This document shows positions 19,842-28,779 of a stretch of 64,000 nt of DNA, one piece after another. Position 1 is the first letter of the stretch. Each line of letters starts with the position of its first letter. The DNA lies in assembly GCA_965200315.1 (NCBI GenBank), contig OZ241362.1, positions 4,160,001 through 4,224,000 of the forward strand, in the 5' to 3' direction. The translations under genes and the position numbers were made by a program. The DNA is from Candidatus Latescibacterota bacterium. Lineage in GTDB: Bacteria > Latescibacterota > UBA2968 > UBA8231. The notes beneath the pieces were generated by a model. That model worked only from the letters and a program-made list of their open reading frames with translations. It made no database searches and was not told the origin of the DNA.

Positions 19842-22800
19842 GGTCGGCCAGCGGGAAATCCAAACCCAGCGGCGGGTGGTCGCGTTCTTCAAGGACGCAC
19901 TCGGCTACGCCTACTTGGGGTACTGGAAGGACCGCTCCAATAACAGCAACATTGAGCAAGCACAGCTCAAGGCTTGGCTCGAAGGGCAAGGGCACGGTGT
20001 GCAAATCGTCGATAGGGCGATGCGCAAGCTAAACGAGGCGGCCGCGCTCGGCGGCAGCAAGACGCTCTACGGCACCAATCGCGAGGTGTACAGCCTGCTG
20101 CGCTACGGCGTCAAGGTCCGGCCCGTAGTGGGCGAGCAGCACGTCACGGTCTGGCTGATCAACTGGGAAAATCCCGGCAACAACGACTTCGCCATCGCCG
20201 AGGAGGTGACGGTCACCGGCGAGAATACCAAGCGGCCCGACCTCGTGCTCTACGTCAACGGTATTGCGGTTGGAGTACTCGAACTGAAGCGTTCCACGGT
20301 GGCGGTCGCCGAGGGCATTCGCCAGAACCTCGACAGCCAAAAGCAGGAATTCATCCAGCCGTTTTTTGCCACCGTGCAACTCGTGATGGCGGGCAACGAC
20401 ACCGAGGGCTTGCGCTACGGCGTGATCGAAACGCCGGAAAAGTACTGGCTGCGCTGGAAGGAAGACGAGGCCCACCCGGCCGCCAGCGGCAACCCGCTAC
20501 TGAGGGAGCTGAGCCAGCTCTGCGGCAAGGAGCGGCTGCTGGCGATCATCCACGATTTCGTCGTCTTCGATGCGGGCGTCAAAAAGATCTGTCGCCCCAA
20601 CCAGTACTTCGGCGTGACGGCGGCGCAGGCCCGCGTGAAGGCCCGCGAGGGCGGCATTCTCTGGCACACCCAAGGTAGCGGCAAGAGCCTGACTATGGTC
20701 TGGCTGGCCAAGTGGATCCGCGAGCATGTCGCCAATGCCCGCGTCCTTCTCATCACCGACCGCACCGAGCTGGACGAGCAGATCGAGAAGGTCTTTAAGG
20801 GCGTCAGCGAGGACATCCATCGCACACAGAGCGGGGCCGACTTGGTCAGCATGCTCAACACCAGCGACAAATGGCTGATCGCTTCGCTGATCCACAAGTT
20901 CGACGCGCCCGAGGAAGACGATGTCGATCAGTTCGTCGCGGACATACGCCGCCACCGGCCCAAGGATTTTCACGCCAAGGGGGAAATTTTTGTCTTCGTA
21001 GATGAATGCCACCGCACCCAGTCCGGCAAGCTCCACGACGCCATGAAGAAGCTGCTGCCAGACGCCATGCTGATCGGCTTTACCGGAACGCCGCTACTCA
21101 AAGACGACAAGCGGCGGAGCATTGAGACCTTTGGCTCGTACATCCACACCTACCAGTACGACGAAGCGGTAAGCGACGGGGTGGTGCTCGATCTGCGCTA
21201 CGAAGCCCGCGACATCGACCAGAACATCACCTCGGAGGCCAAGATCGATCAGTGGTTTGCAGCCAAGACGCAAAGACTGACCGATGTCGCCAAGGCCCGG
21301 CTCCAGCAGCGCTGGGGTACGATGCGAAAAGTCTTGGGTGTGCGGGAGCGGCTAGAGCAAATCGTCGCCGACATCGTCTTCGACATGGAAACGTGCGACC
21401 GCCTCAAGAGCGGGCGCGGCAACGCCCTGCTTGTCTCCAGCAACATCTACTCGGCCTGCCGCTTCTTCGACATGTTTCAGCAGACCGATTTGGCGGGCAA
21501 ATGCGCCATCGTCACCTCGTACCAACCAGCCCCGGCGAAAATCAAAGGTGAGGAGACCGGCGAGGGGCTAACCGAGAAGCTGCTCCAGTACAACACCTAC
21601 CGAAAGATGCTGGCGGCGCACTTCAGCGAGTCGGAAAACAAGGCGATGCACAAGGTTGAGCAGTTCGAGCAGGAGGTAAAAAAGCGCTTCGTTGAAGAGC
21701 CGGGCCAGCTAAAGCTCCTAATCGTCGTCGATAAGCTGCTGACCGGCTTTGACGCGCCGCCCGCGACCTATCTCTACATCGACAAGCCGATGCAGGACCA
21801 CGGCCTATTCCAAGCGATCTGTCGGGTCAACCGCCTCGACGGCGACGACAAAGAATACGGCTACATCATCGACTACAAGGACCTGTTCCGGTCGCTGGAG
21901 CAATCCATCCAAGATTATACCGGTGAGGCATTCGCGGGCTACGACAGGGCCGATGTGCAGGGCTTGCTCAAGGGCCGGCTCCAACAGGGGCGGAAGCGAT
22001 TAGAGGAGGTCCGCGAGGCCGTTAAGGCACTGTGCGAGCCGGTCGATCCCCCGTGCGACACGGCGGCCTATTTGCGCTTCTTCTGCACGGCTGAGAGCGA
22101 GGACGCCGAGCGGAAGCGCGTTCAGCTCTACAAGCTAACCGCGGCGTTTTTGCGCGCCTACGCCAACTTGGCCAACGAGATGTCCGCGGCCGGGTACTCG
22201 GACGCCGAGGCGAAAAAGATCAAAGACGAGGTGGCCCACTACGAAAAGGTGCGCGAGGAGATCAAGCTGGCCAGCGGCGACTACATCGACCTGAAGATGT
22301 ACGAGCCAGCCATGCGGCACCTGCTCGATACGTACATCCGCGCCGAAGAGAGCAAGCGGCTCTCGGCATTCGACAACCTGACGCTCGTGCAACTGATTGT
22401 CGAGCGCGGAGCCAAGGCCATTGAGGAGCTGCCCACCGGCATCCGCGCTGACTCCCAAGCGGTAGCCGCGACCATTGAAAACAATGTCCGGCGGCTCATC
22501 GTCGACGAGACCGCCGTAAACCCAGCGTACTACGAGAAGATGTCAAAGCAACTCGACGCGCTGATCCAGCAACGCAAGCAAGAGGCAATCGACTACGAGC
22601 AGTACCTAGCGCAGGTCGTCGAGCTGACCAAAAAGATCAGCCAGCCAGAGACCCAAGCGTCCTATCCGCCGCGTATCGACCGTGCCGCCCTACGCGCACT
22701 TTATGACAACTTAGAGAAATCGCAGACTTTGAAAGCGAGAGAGGACGGGCAGGTACACTACGGAGACAGCGCGAATGAGCGAGAAGCGACGGCACTCTCC

Positions 22801-22953
22801 CTAGATCGCGCCATCCGTAGCGTAAAGAAGGACAACTGGCGGGGCAACAGAATCAAGGAGCGCGAGGTCCGCAAAGCTATCAAGAACGAGATTCAGAGTG
22901 ATGTACTAGCGGACGAGCTGTTCGCGCTCGTGAAGGCACAAAGTGACTACTAA
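19834..22953 (+). CDS. hsdR: type I restriction endonuclease subunit R
   Basis: RPDLVLYVNG..ELK nuclease motif, HTQGSGKS, DECHR, FTGTP, LLTGFDAP and QAICRVNR. Confidence 0.95.
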   Translation: MSEVGQREIQTQRRVVAFFKDALGYAYLGYWKDRSNNSNIEQAQLKAWLEGQGHGVQIVDRAMRKLNEAAALGGSKTLYGTNREVYSLLRYGVKVRPVVGEQHVTVWLINWENPGNNDFAIAEEVTVTGENTKRPDLVLYVNGIAVGVLELKRSTVAVAEGIRQNLDSQKQEFIQPFFATVQLVMAGNDTEGLRYGVIETPEKYWLRWKEDEAHPAASGNPLLRELSQLCGKERLLAIIHDFVVFDAGVKKICRPNQYFGVTAAQARVKAREGGILWHTQGSGKSLTMVWLAKWIREHVANARVLLITDRTELDEQIEKVFKGVSEDIHRTQSGADLVSMLNTSDKWLIASLIHKFDAPEEDDVDQFVADIRRHRPKDFHAKGEIFVFVDECHRTQSGKLHDAMKKLLPDAMLIGFTGTPLLKDDKRRSIETFGSYIHTYQYDEAVSDGVVLDLRYEARDIDQNITSEAKIDQWFAAKTQRLTDVAKARLQQRWGTMRKVLGVRERLEQIVADIVFDMETCDRLKSGRGNALLVSSNIYSACRFFDMFQQTDLAGKCAIVTSYQPAPAKIKGEETGEGLTEKLLQYNTYRKMLAAHFSESENKAMHKVEQFEQEVKKRFVEEPGQLKLLIVVDKLLTGFDAPPATYLYIDKPMQDHGLFQAICRVNRLDGDDKEYGYIIDYKDLFRSLEQSIQDYTGEAFAGYDRADVQGLLKGRLQQGRKRLEEVREAVKALCEPVDPPCDTAAYLRFFCTAESEDAERKRVQLYKLTAAFLRAYANLANEMSAAGYSDAEAKKIKDEVAHYEKVREEIKLASGDYIDLKMYEPAMRHLLDTYIRAEESKRLSAFDNLTLVQLIVERGAKAIEELPTGIRADSQAVAATIENNVRRLIVDETAVNPAYYEKMSKQLDALIQQRKQEAIDYEQYLAQVVELTKKISQPETQASYPPRIDRAALRALYDNLEKSQTLKAREDGQVHYGDSANEREATALSLDRAIRSVKKDNWRGNRIKEREVRKAIKNEIQSDVLADELFALVKAQSDY

Positions 22954-23677
22954 AGTTAGAAGCCATCACATCGACATCCGCGGAATCCCGGTAGAGGTCG
23001 TCCGCAAGAACATCAAAAATCTCCACCTAGGCGTCTATCCGCCCAGCGGTCGGGTGCGAGTGGCGGTGCCGCTGTGGCTCGACGATGACGGCGTGCGCTT
23101 GGCCGTCATTTCTCGCTTGGGATGGATTCGCCGGCAGCAGGCCGAATTTGCCCAACAGGATCGCCAGTCCCAGCGCGAGTTCGTGACCGGTGAAAGCCAT
23201 TACTTCCGGGGCCGGCGCTATCGGCTCGACGTGATCGAGCACGACGGTCCACCGGCCGTTCGTCTGCTCAACAATGCGAAGATGGCGTTGCGCGTCCGTC
23301 CCGGTGCCGACCGGGAGGCAAAGGAGGCGGTCTTGGAGCGGTGGTATCGCCGTCAGCTTTGCGACCAATTGCCGGAACTCTGCGTCAAATGGGCGCGGAA
23401 GGTCGGGGTGACGGTCGCTGAGGTGCGGATCAAAAAGATGAAAACCCTCTGGGGCTCCTGTAATATCGACGCCAAGCGCATCTGGCTGAACCTCGAACTG
23501 GCCAAGAAGCCGGCTTTGTGCTTAGAGTACGTCCTCGTCCACGAAATGGTGCATTTGCTCGAGCGCCAGCACAACGAGCGGTTTCGCAAGCTGATGGACA
23601 AGTTCATGCCTCAGTGGCGCATTCATCGGGACGAACTGAATCAGCGGCCGCTCGCACACGAGGAGTGGAGGTACTGA
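22943..23677 (+). CDS. M48/YgjP (DUF45) zinc metallopeptidase associated with type I R-M
   Basis: MKTLWGSC and EYVLVHEMVHL (HExxH) motifs. Confidence 0.9.
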   Translation: MTTKVRSHHIDIRGIPVEVVRKNIKNLHLGVYPPSGRVRVAVPLWLDDDGVRLAVISRLGWIRRQQAEFAQQDRQSQREFVTGESHYFRGRRYRLDVIEHDGPPAVRLLNNAKMALRVRPGADREAKEAVLERWYRRQLCDQLPELCVKWARKVGVTVAEVRIKKMKTLWGSCNIDAKRIWLNLELAKKPALCLEYVLVHEMVHLLERQHNERFRKLMDKFMPQWRIHRDELNQRPLAHEEWRY

Positions 23678-23731
23678 AGCGTGCGGGAAAGGCTGGTCAA
23701 GCAACGTTTGCCCCCGCAAAAGGAGAATGTC

Positions 23732-24529
23732 ATGGCGTCAGCATACAAGGTTTTGCTCATCGGCGGGCGCGGCACGATTGGCTCGGGCCTGCGCACCTAC
23801 ATGCCGCGGCTCGACCCGCGCTACCAGATGGTTTCCGTGGACTTGCCCGGCGCACCAGACAAGGCGACCGCGCCGGATGCCGGCGGTGATTTTATCGACC
23901 TCGATATTGCGGAGTCGCCGGATGCCTTCCGCGCCCTGCTCCCCGGGTGCGACTTGGTGGTCTATCTGGCCCGCTGTGGCGACTTGGCGGCCATGAACCG
24001 GATGACCGACTTGGTTTTTGCCGCGGTGTTGGCCCAAGACGAGCCGCCGATGATCGTCGGCTCCAGCTCGGTGCATGCGGTCGATGGGCTGTACGACTTT
24101 CACCGGCCGGGCTTCTATTGGACCTTGGCCGAGCGGCAGTTCGACCGGATAACCGATTGGCCCGAACGGATCTCCGCGGCCGTGCCCGCGCACCCGATCA
24201 ACGACTACGGACGCGAAAAAGCCCATGTAGAGGAGTGGGTGCAAAAGGTTGCTGACCAAGGCCACAGCGCGGTTGCCATGCGCTGGGGCGGCATCAATCC
24301 GCGCAACGCCGTCCGCGTACCGGAAAGGGGCTACTTTGCCGTCTGGTGCCACCAAGAGGACGCCGCCCGCTTGGTCCACGCCTGCTTCCAGCGGCATTGC
24401 GCCGGCGACCTGCCCAGCGGCGCGCATTACTTTGCGATTTCGGACAACACCTACAACATCTTTGACATTGAAACGCCCCGGCGCGAAGTTGGCTACGAGC
24501 CGATGCACAACGCGGAGACTTATTATTGA
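23732..24529 (+). CDS. NAD-dependent epimerase/dehydratase (uronate dehydrogenase-like)
   Basis: IGGRGTIG, SSVHA, YGREK and AISDN motifs; AAGGAG RBS. Confidence 0.8.
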   Translation: MASAYKVLLIGGRGTIGSGLRTYMPRLDPRYQMVSVDLPGAPDKATAPDAGGDFIDLDIAESPDAFRALLPGCDLVVYLARCGDLAAMNRMTDLVFAAVLAQDEPPMIVGSSSVHAVDGLYDFHRPGFYWTLAERQFDRITDWPERISAAVPAHPINDYGREKAHVEEWVQKVADQGHSAVAMRWGGINPRNAVRVPERGYFAVWCHQEDAARLVHACFQRHCAGDLPSGAHYFAISDNTYNIFDIETPRREVGYEPMHNAETYY

Positions 24530-25365
24530 TGAACGACACGGAGAAATTTCTCTTCGACCTCGAGGGTTTTCTGAAGGTCCCCGGCTTCCTCACCCCGGCC
24601 GAAGTTGATGCACTCAACGCGGCCTTTGACGCCAATGAAGACCAGCGCGGCGAAGACGGCAATCACAATACCGGCGGCAGTGCCGTACTCGAGGGCCGGC
24701 GGCGCGGCATGTTCACGGGGATGCTAGAATGGGAAAAACCCCACTGCCTGCCCTTCCGCGCCCTATTGGCGCACAAAAAGCTCATCCCCTATCTCGACGC
24801 GCTCTTTGGCCGCGGCTGGAAGATGGACCACTCGCCCTTTATGCTCTGCGGCGGCCAGGGCACCGAGGGCCTAATTCTCCACGGCTCGACCAGCCGCCAC
24901 TTCAACGGCTCGCAGTACTATGCCTATGCCAACGACCAGATGCGCTGCGGCATGATCGTCTGCCAGTTCCAACTCGCCCATGTCAACGAAGGAGACGGCG
25001 GATTGTGCGTGATCCGAGGCAGCCACAAGGCCAACTTCCCGCTGCCGGAGAAGATCCGCCACTGGCAGGATCACCGCGAGATTGTGTACAACGTCCCCTG
25101 CAAGGCCGGCGACATGGTCATATTCAACGAGGCGACCCTGCACGGCACACTCCCGTGGACGGCCGCGCACGAGCGTCGTTCCCTGCTCTACCGCTACTCG
25201 CCCAAGTATTTACACTTTGCCGGGGGGACGTATCAGACTAGCCAGCCAGAATGGGTCGGCGAGCTAACTGAGGCGCAACAGGCCGTGCTCGAGCCGCCCT
25301 ATATCTACAACCGGCCGCTGGTGGAAGCCGACGGCGAAACCGTAGTGCGTCCGCGGACGGGCTGA
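24529..25365 (+). CDS. phytanoyl-CoA dioxygenase (PhyH) family protein
   Basis: FLFDLEGFL, GGLCVIRGSHKAN and AGDMVIFNEATLHG motifs. Confidence 0.88.
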   Translation: MNDTEKFLFDLEGFLKVPGFLTPAEVDALNAAFDANEDQRGEDGNHNTGGSAVLEGRRRGMFTGMLEWEKPHCLPFRALLAHKKLIPYLDALFGRGWKMDHSPFMLCGGQGTEGLILHGSTSRHFNGSQYYAYANDQMRCGMIVCQFQLAHVNEGDGGLCVIRGSHKANFPLPEKIRHWQDHREIVYNVPCKAGDMVIFNEATLHGTLPWTAAHERRSLLYRYSPKYLHFAGGTYQTSQPEWVGELTEAQQAVLEPPYIYNRPLVEADGETVVRPRTG

Positions 25366-25369
25366 CCCA

Positions 25370-25864
25370 GTGCCGGCGGGAAAGACGCATCTCAAGGTCG
25401 AGCTTCTCGTCTTGCTAGCGGTTGTGACACTAGCGGGCGCGGCGAACGCGTACTTTGAGTTGGCCGCTTGGGATGGCGAGTTCAAAGTGTTGGCGATTGC
25501 GTTCGGCTGCGCCTATTTGTTCTCGGCCCTCTTCCTGTCGCCGGACCTCGACTTGGCGCGTTCCGACCCGCACAATCGCTGGGGTGCTTTGCGCGTCTGT
25601 TGGATTCCCTACGCCAAGCTCTTCCGCCACCGCGGCTATTCACACAACCCCCTCATCGGCCCGTTGAGCCGCCTGCTCTACCTGTTGCTCTGGGTGGCGT
25701 TGGTCTTGGCCGGATTGCACTATGGGTTCGCGGTCGGATTGGAGTTTTTGCGCCACTGGTGGCAGGACCTGAGTGGTACGCCGCTTTTGGCTTTGGCCTT
25801 GGGATTGATGCTGCCCAACGAGATACACATCTTGCTGGACAAAATTGGACGTGCTGCTGACTGA
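25370..25864 (+). CDS. DUF2227 family metal-binding membrane protein
   Basis: MPAGKTH, LSPDLD, PYAKLFRHRGYSH and HILLD motifs. Confidence 0.8.
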   Translation: MPAGKTHLKVELLVLLAVVTLAGAANAYFELAAWDGEFKVLAIAFGCAYLFSALFLSPDLDLARSDPHNRWGALRVCWIPYAKLFRHRGYSHNPLIGPLSRLLYLLLWVALVLAGLHYGFAVGLEFLRHWWQDLSGTPLLALALGLMLPNEIHILLDKIGRAAD

Positions 25865-25893
25865 TCCGCTGACAATCTACAGAAAGGATTTCC

Positions 25894-26907
25894 ATGCCAA
25901 CCATTGCTGCCAACGATCCGCGCTTGACGTGGGGGGGTGCTATCGCACTCAAAGAGGGCCCGGGCTGGGTCAAGCCTTGGCGCATTCCCCACGGAGATTT
26001 GGACCTGTACTCGCCCGGGGAGAGCGGCCTTGCCGAGCGCGCCGAGATGCCTTCGGGGGTGCTCCTGCGTTTGGTTACGGACGCCGAGGAATTGGTCGTC
26101 GGCTGCGAGCCGCTAGCCGAAGATGGCTGTTTTGACCTGTGCATTGGTGGGCAGATTGCGGCCACCGCTTCGTATGCGGCTGGCGCGACCGAGGTCTGCT
26201 TTGCGGGCTTGCCGGCGGGCGAGAAATCCGTGGAGATTTGGCTGTCGCCGGCCATGCCCGTCGCCGTGCGCCACCTTGCACTGCCCGAAGGAACACATTG
26301 CGAAAAAAGCGAAGACACTCGGCTGAAGTGGATTGCGTACGGCAGCTCCATCACCCATTGCCGCACCGCCGGATCGCCGGCCACCACTTGGCCCGGGGTG
26401 GTAGCTCGCGCCCGGGATTTCAACCTCACGTCGCTGGGCTACGGCGGCCAATGCCACGCCGACCCATTCATCGCCCGGCTGATCCGCGACCTGCCTGCGG
26501 ATTTTATCTCGGTCAAAATTGGCATCAATATCTACGGCGCGGCCAGCCTCGGCCCGCGCACCTTCCGCCCGGCTGTCCTCGGCACTATTGCCACCATCCG
26601 CGACGGCCATCCCCACACCCCGTTTGCGGTCTGCTCGCCGATCTGGGGCCACGACCGCGAGACCACGCCCAATGCGGTCGGCCTAACCTTGGAGCAGATG
26701 CGCGTCGAGGTTGCAGAAGCCGTGCAGGCGTTCAAAAGGCGCGGCGACGAGCACGTCTACTACATAGACGGTCTCAAGCTCTTTGACGAAAGCCTCGCCG
26801 AATATCTGCCGGACAACCTCCACCCAGATGCCACCGGCTACGTGCTGATGGGCGAGAATTTCCTCAAAGAAGTGTTTGGGGTGCAGGGGGTGGAAGTGGG
26901 GGATTAG
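25894..26907 (+). CDS. SGNH/GDSL hydrolase
   Basis: YGSSIT, LGYGG, IGIN and DNLHP blocks. Confidence 0.9.
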   Translation: MPTIAANDPRLTWGGAIALKEGPGWVKPWRIPHGDLDLYSPGESGLAERAEMPSGVLLRLVTDAEELVVGCEPLAEDGCFDLCIGGQIAATASYAAGATEVCFAGLPAGEKSVEIWLSPAMPVAVRHLALPEGTHCEKSEDTRLKWIAYGSSITHCRTAGSPATTWPGVVARARDFNLTSLGYGGQCHADPFIARLIRDLPADFISVKIGINIYGAASLGPRTFRPAVLGTIATIRDGHPHTPFAVCSPIWGHDRETTPNAVGLTLEQMRVEVAEAVQAFKRRGDEHVYYIDGLKLFDESLAEYLPDNLHPDATGYVLMGENFLKEVFGVQGVEVGD

Positions 26908-26938
26908 AGAAATCGCTCTCTTATTGTGTATTCCGTGC

Positions 26939-28014
26939 CTCATTACCCCTCATGGGGATTTGAAACACGTGGGCGCTGGCCCCTGGTTCACCACATGACC
27001 GACTCATTACCCCTCATGGGGATTTGAAACGTCAATCGGGTAGCGTCCTCCGAAGATAATGTAGAACTCATTACCCCTCATGGGGATTTGAAACTGTAGC
27101 CCCTGTACTGCGTCATATCCTCGTCCTACTCCCTCATTACCCCTCATGGGGATTTGAAACACGCAAGCGAAGAAGGATAGGCATATCGCTATCCTGAACT
27201 CATTACCCCTCATGGGGATTTGAAACACGCAAGCGAAGAAGGATAGGCATATCGCTATCCTGAACTCATTACCCCTCATGGGGATTTGAAACGGAAAAGG
27301 TCTCCGTATCAATATCCCATTCGTACTCGACTCATTACCCCTCATGGGGATTTGAAACGGGCTACCTTGGCTTGGTAGAGGGCTTAGCACAGACGACTCA
27401 TTACCCCTCATGGGGATTTGAAACTTATCAGCACCACCTGACCATTAAGGGCTTGTGCCACTCATTACCCCTCATGGGGATTTGAAACCTCTTTTAGAGG
27501 CCCTAGCTTACCCTCCCCTAGGGAGACTCATTACCCCTCATGGGGATTTGAAACTTGTATGCGACAGATGAGACAGAGGCCAACCGTACTCTCATTACCC
27601 CTCATGGGGATTTGAAACTATGCCTATCCTTGCGCGCTTGCGTGCGCCTATCAAGGGCTCATTACCCCTCATGGGGATTTGAAACCGTTGCGCCTCAAGG
27701 GCATTGAGCAGGGATTGGTCTTCTCATTACCCCTCATGGGGATTTGAAACCCCGTCGATGTCCTCTTTCCACCATGCCGGCGCGGCCTCTCATTACCCCT
27801 CATGGGGATTTGAAACGGTCCAATTTGCGCGGGACATCTTCCGCGCGGAACACTTCCTCATTACCCCTCATGGGGATTTGAAACTCGGCTTTCGCAAGTT
27901 CGGAGCGAGAAGCATTGACGACTCATTACCCCTCATGGGGATTTGAAACACTACATTCGCACATAGGACCTAGTACGTACTCTGAGCTCATTACCCCTCA
28001 TGGGGATTTGAAAC
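26939..28014 (-). CRISPR. CRISPR array: 17 identical 28-bp repeats, 16 spacers of 36-40 bp
   Basis: Repeat on + is CTCATTACCCCTCATGGGGATTTGAAAC (minus: GTTTCAAATCCCCATGAGGGGTAATGAG). Spacers 4 and 5 are identical. Minus orientation is inferred from the AT-rich leader next to cas2. Confidence 0.98.
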
Positions 28015-28144
28015 TGCTTATTCTTCAACTCGTTATCTACTTATATAGTTTACAGAGTGCATCAAAACGTCGATATAAACCGCCTGTTTTGCGCTTGGCG
28101 TCTGGCCCAGGGACAGTTTTACGCCCAAGCGCAAAGACAAATTG
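28015..28144 (-). promoter_or_regulatory. putative CRISPR leader
   Basis: 130-bp non-coding segment between cas2 and the array, AT-rich next to the repeat. Confidence 0.65.
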
Positions 28145-28444
28145 TCAGAGAAGGGTCCAATTTCTGCCATGCCAGTTATCCTCTTCTTGGCGCATCTGTC
28201 CTCCTAGAGCATCCTTGCTGAGTCTTTGTACTGTAACATTGTGCCGATTCGGGCAGAGGAGCTGCATTATATGGTCGTCTGGTCCAATTTTTTTCGAGAT
28301 CTCGGACAACAGCTTTATATGCTCGGATTCTGGGAGGTCGCCCATAAATACCGAGCCCTGTTCGTGAACAAGGTATTCTTTAAGGAGCTTTTTGTACACC
28401 TCTGTTCTCTTGGCGGGGACATCGTAACAGAAAACTACGAACAT
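28145..28444 (-). CDS. cas2: CRISPR-associated endoribonuclease Cas2
   Basis: MFVVFCYDV, KLLKEYL.HEQGSVF.G; 99 aa, adjacent to the array. Confidence 0.93.
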   Translation of the reverse strand: MFVVFCYDVPAKRTEVYKKLLKEYLVHEQGSVFMGDLPESEHIKLLSEISKKIGPDDHIMQLLCPNRHNVTVQRLSKDALGGQMRQEEDNWHGRNWTLL

Positions 28445-28450
28445 AAGGGT

Positions 28451-28597
28451 TCATCCTCTCCAGATGAAAGCTCGAAACTCGCCGATACCGAGTGCTTCTC
28501 TTTCCAGAGCGAGGCATTGCCTGTGAATCGCCTGTCGGAAGGTCAGGTCTCCGCATTTTTCTTCAATGCGCGACCAAAAACGTTCAGTCGCCTTGAT
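28451..28597 (-). pseudogene. cas1: C-terminal remnant of Cas1
   Basis: ...LTFRQAIHRQCLALEREALGIGEFRAFIWRG resembles the Cas1 C-terminal helix and lies directly before cas2. Confidence 0.7.
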
Positions 28598-28779
28598 TGA
28601 TGAAGTGATAGACCCCGGCGCACCCGAACGTCGCGCCCGGCGTGTGTTGCTCCTATGAGATGCAGCCACGCACGCCTGCGGCACAAAGCGACATGCTGAA
28701 AATAGAGACCGTGCAGGCCGGTTTCTTCAGCTAGTTCACGCAAACATCGCGCTTTCTGTAGAATCCCTATAGTCTTCAT
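28593..28779 (-). pseudogene. cas4: N-terminal remnant of Cas4
   Basis: GLHGLYFQHVALCRRRAWL...VRRGLSLH matches the Cas4 first Fe-S Cys (CxRxxW) and GxxxH motifs; the sequence then breaks into the cas1 tail. Confidence 0.75.

Noticed and set aside
26896-26938. Possible degenerate 18th repeat (TGGGGGATTAGAGA) overlapping the SGNH stop
   Set aside because: Too little identity to count as a repeat; used only as weak support for this being the trailer end.
27817-27826. Spacer 14 begins GGTCCAATTT, which also occurs twice in cas2
   Set aside because: Only a 10-nt match with no extension; not self-targeting.
27007-27946. ORFs with repeating FQIPMRGNE / HYPSWGFET peptides
   Set aside because: These are translations of the CRISPR repeats, not genes.
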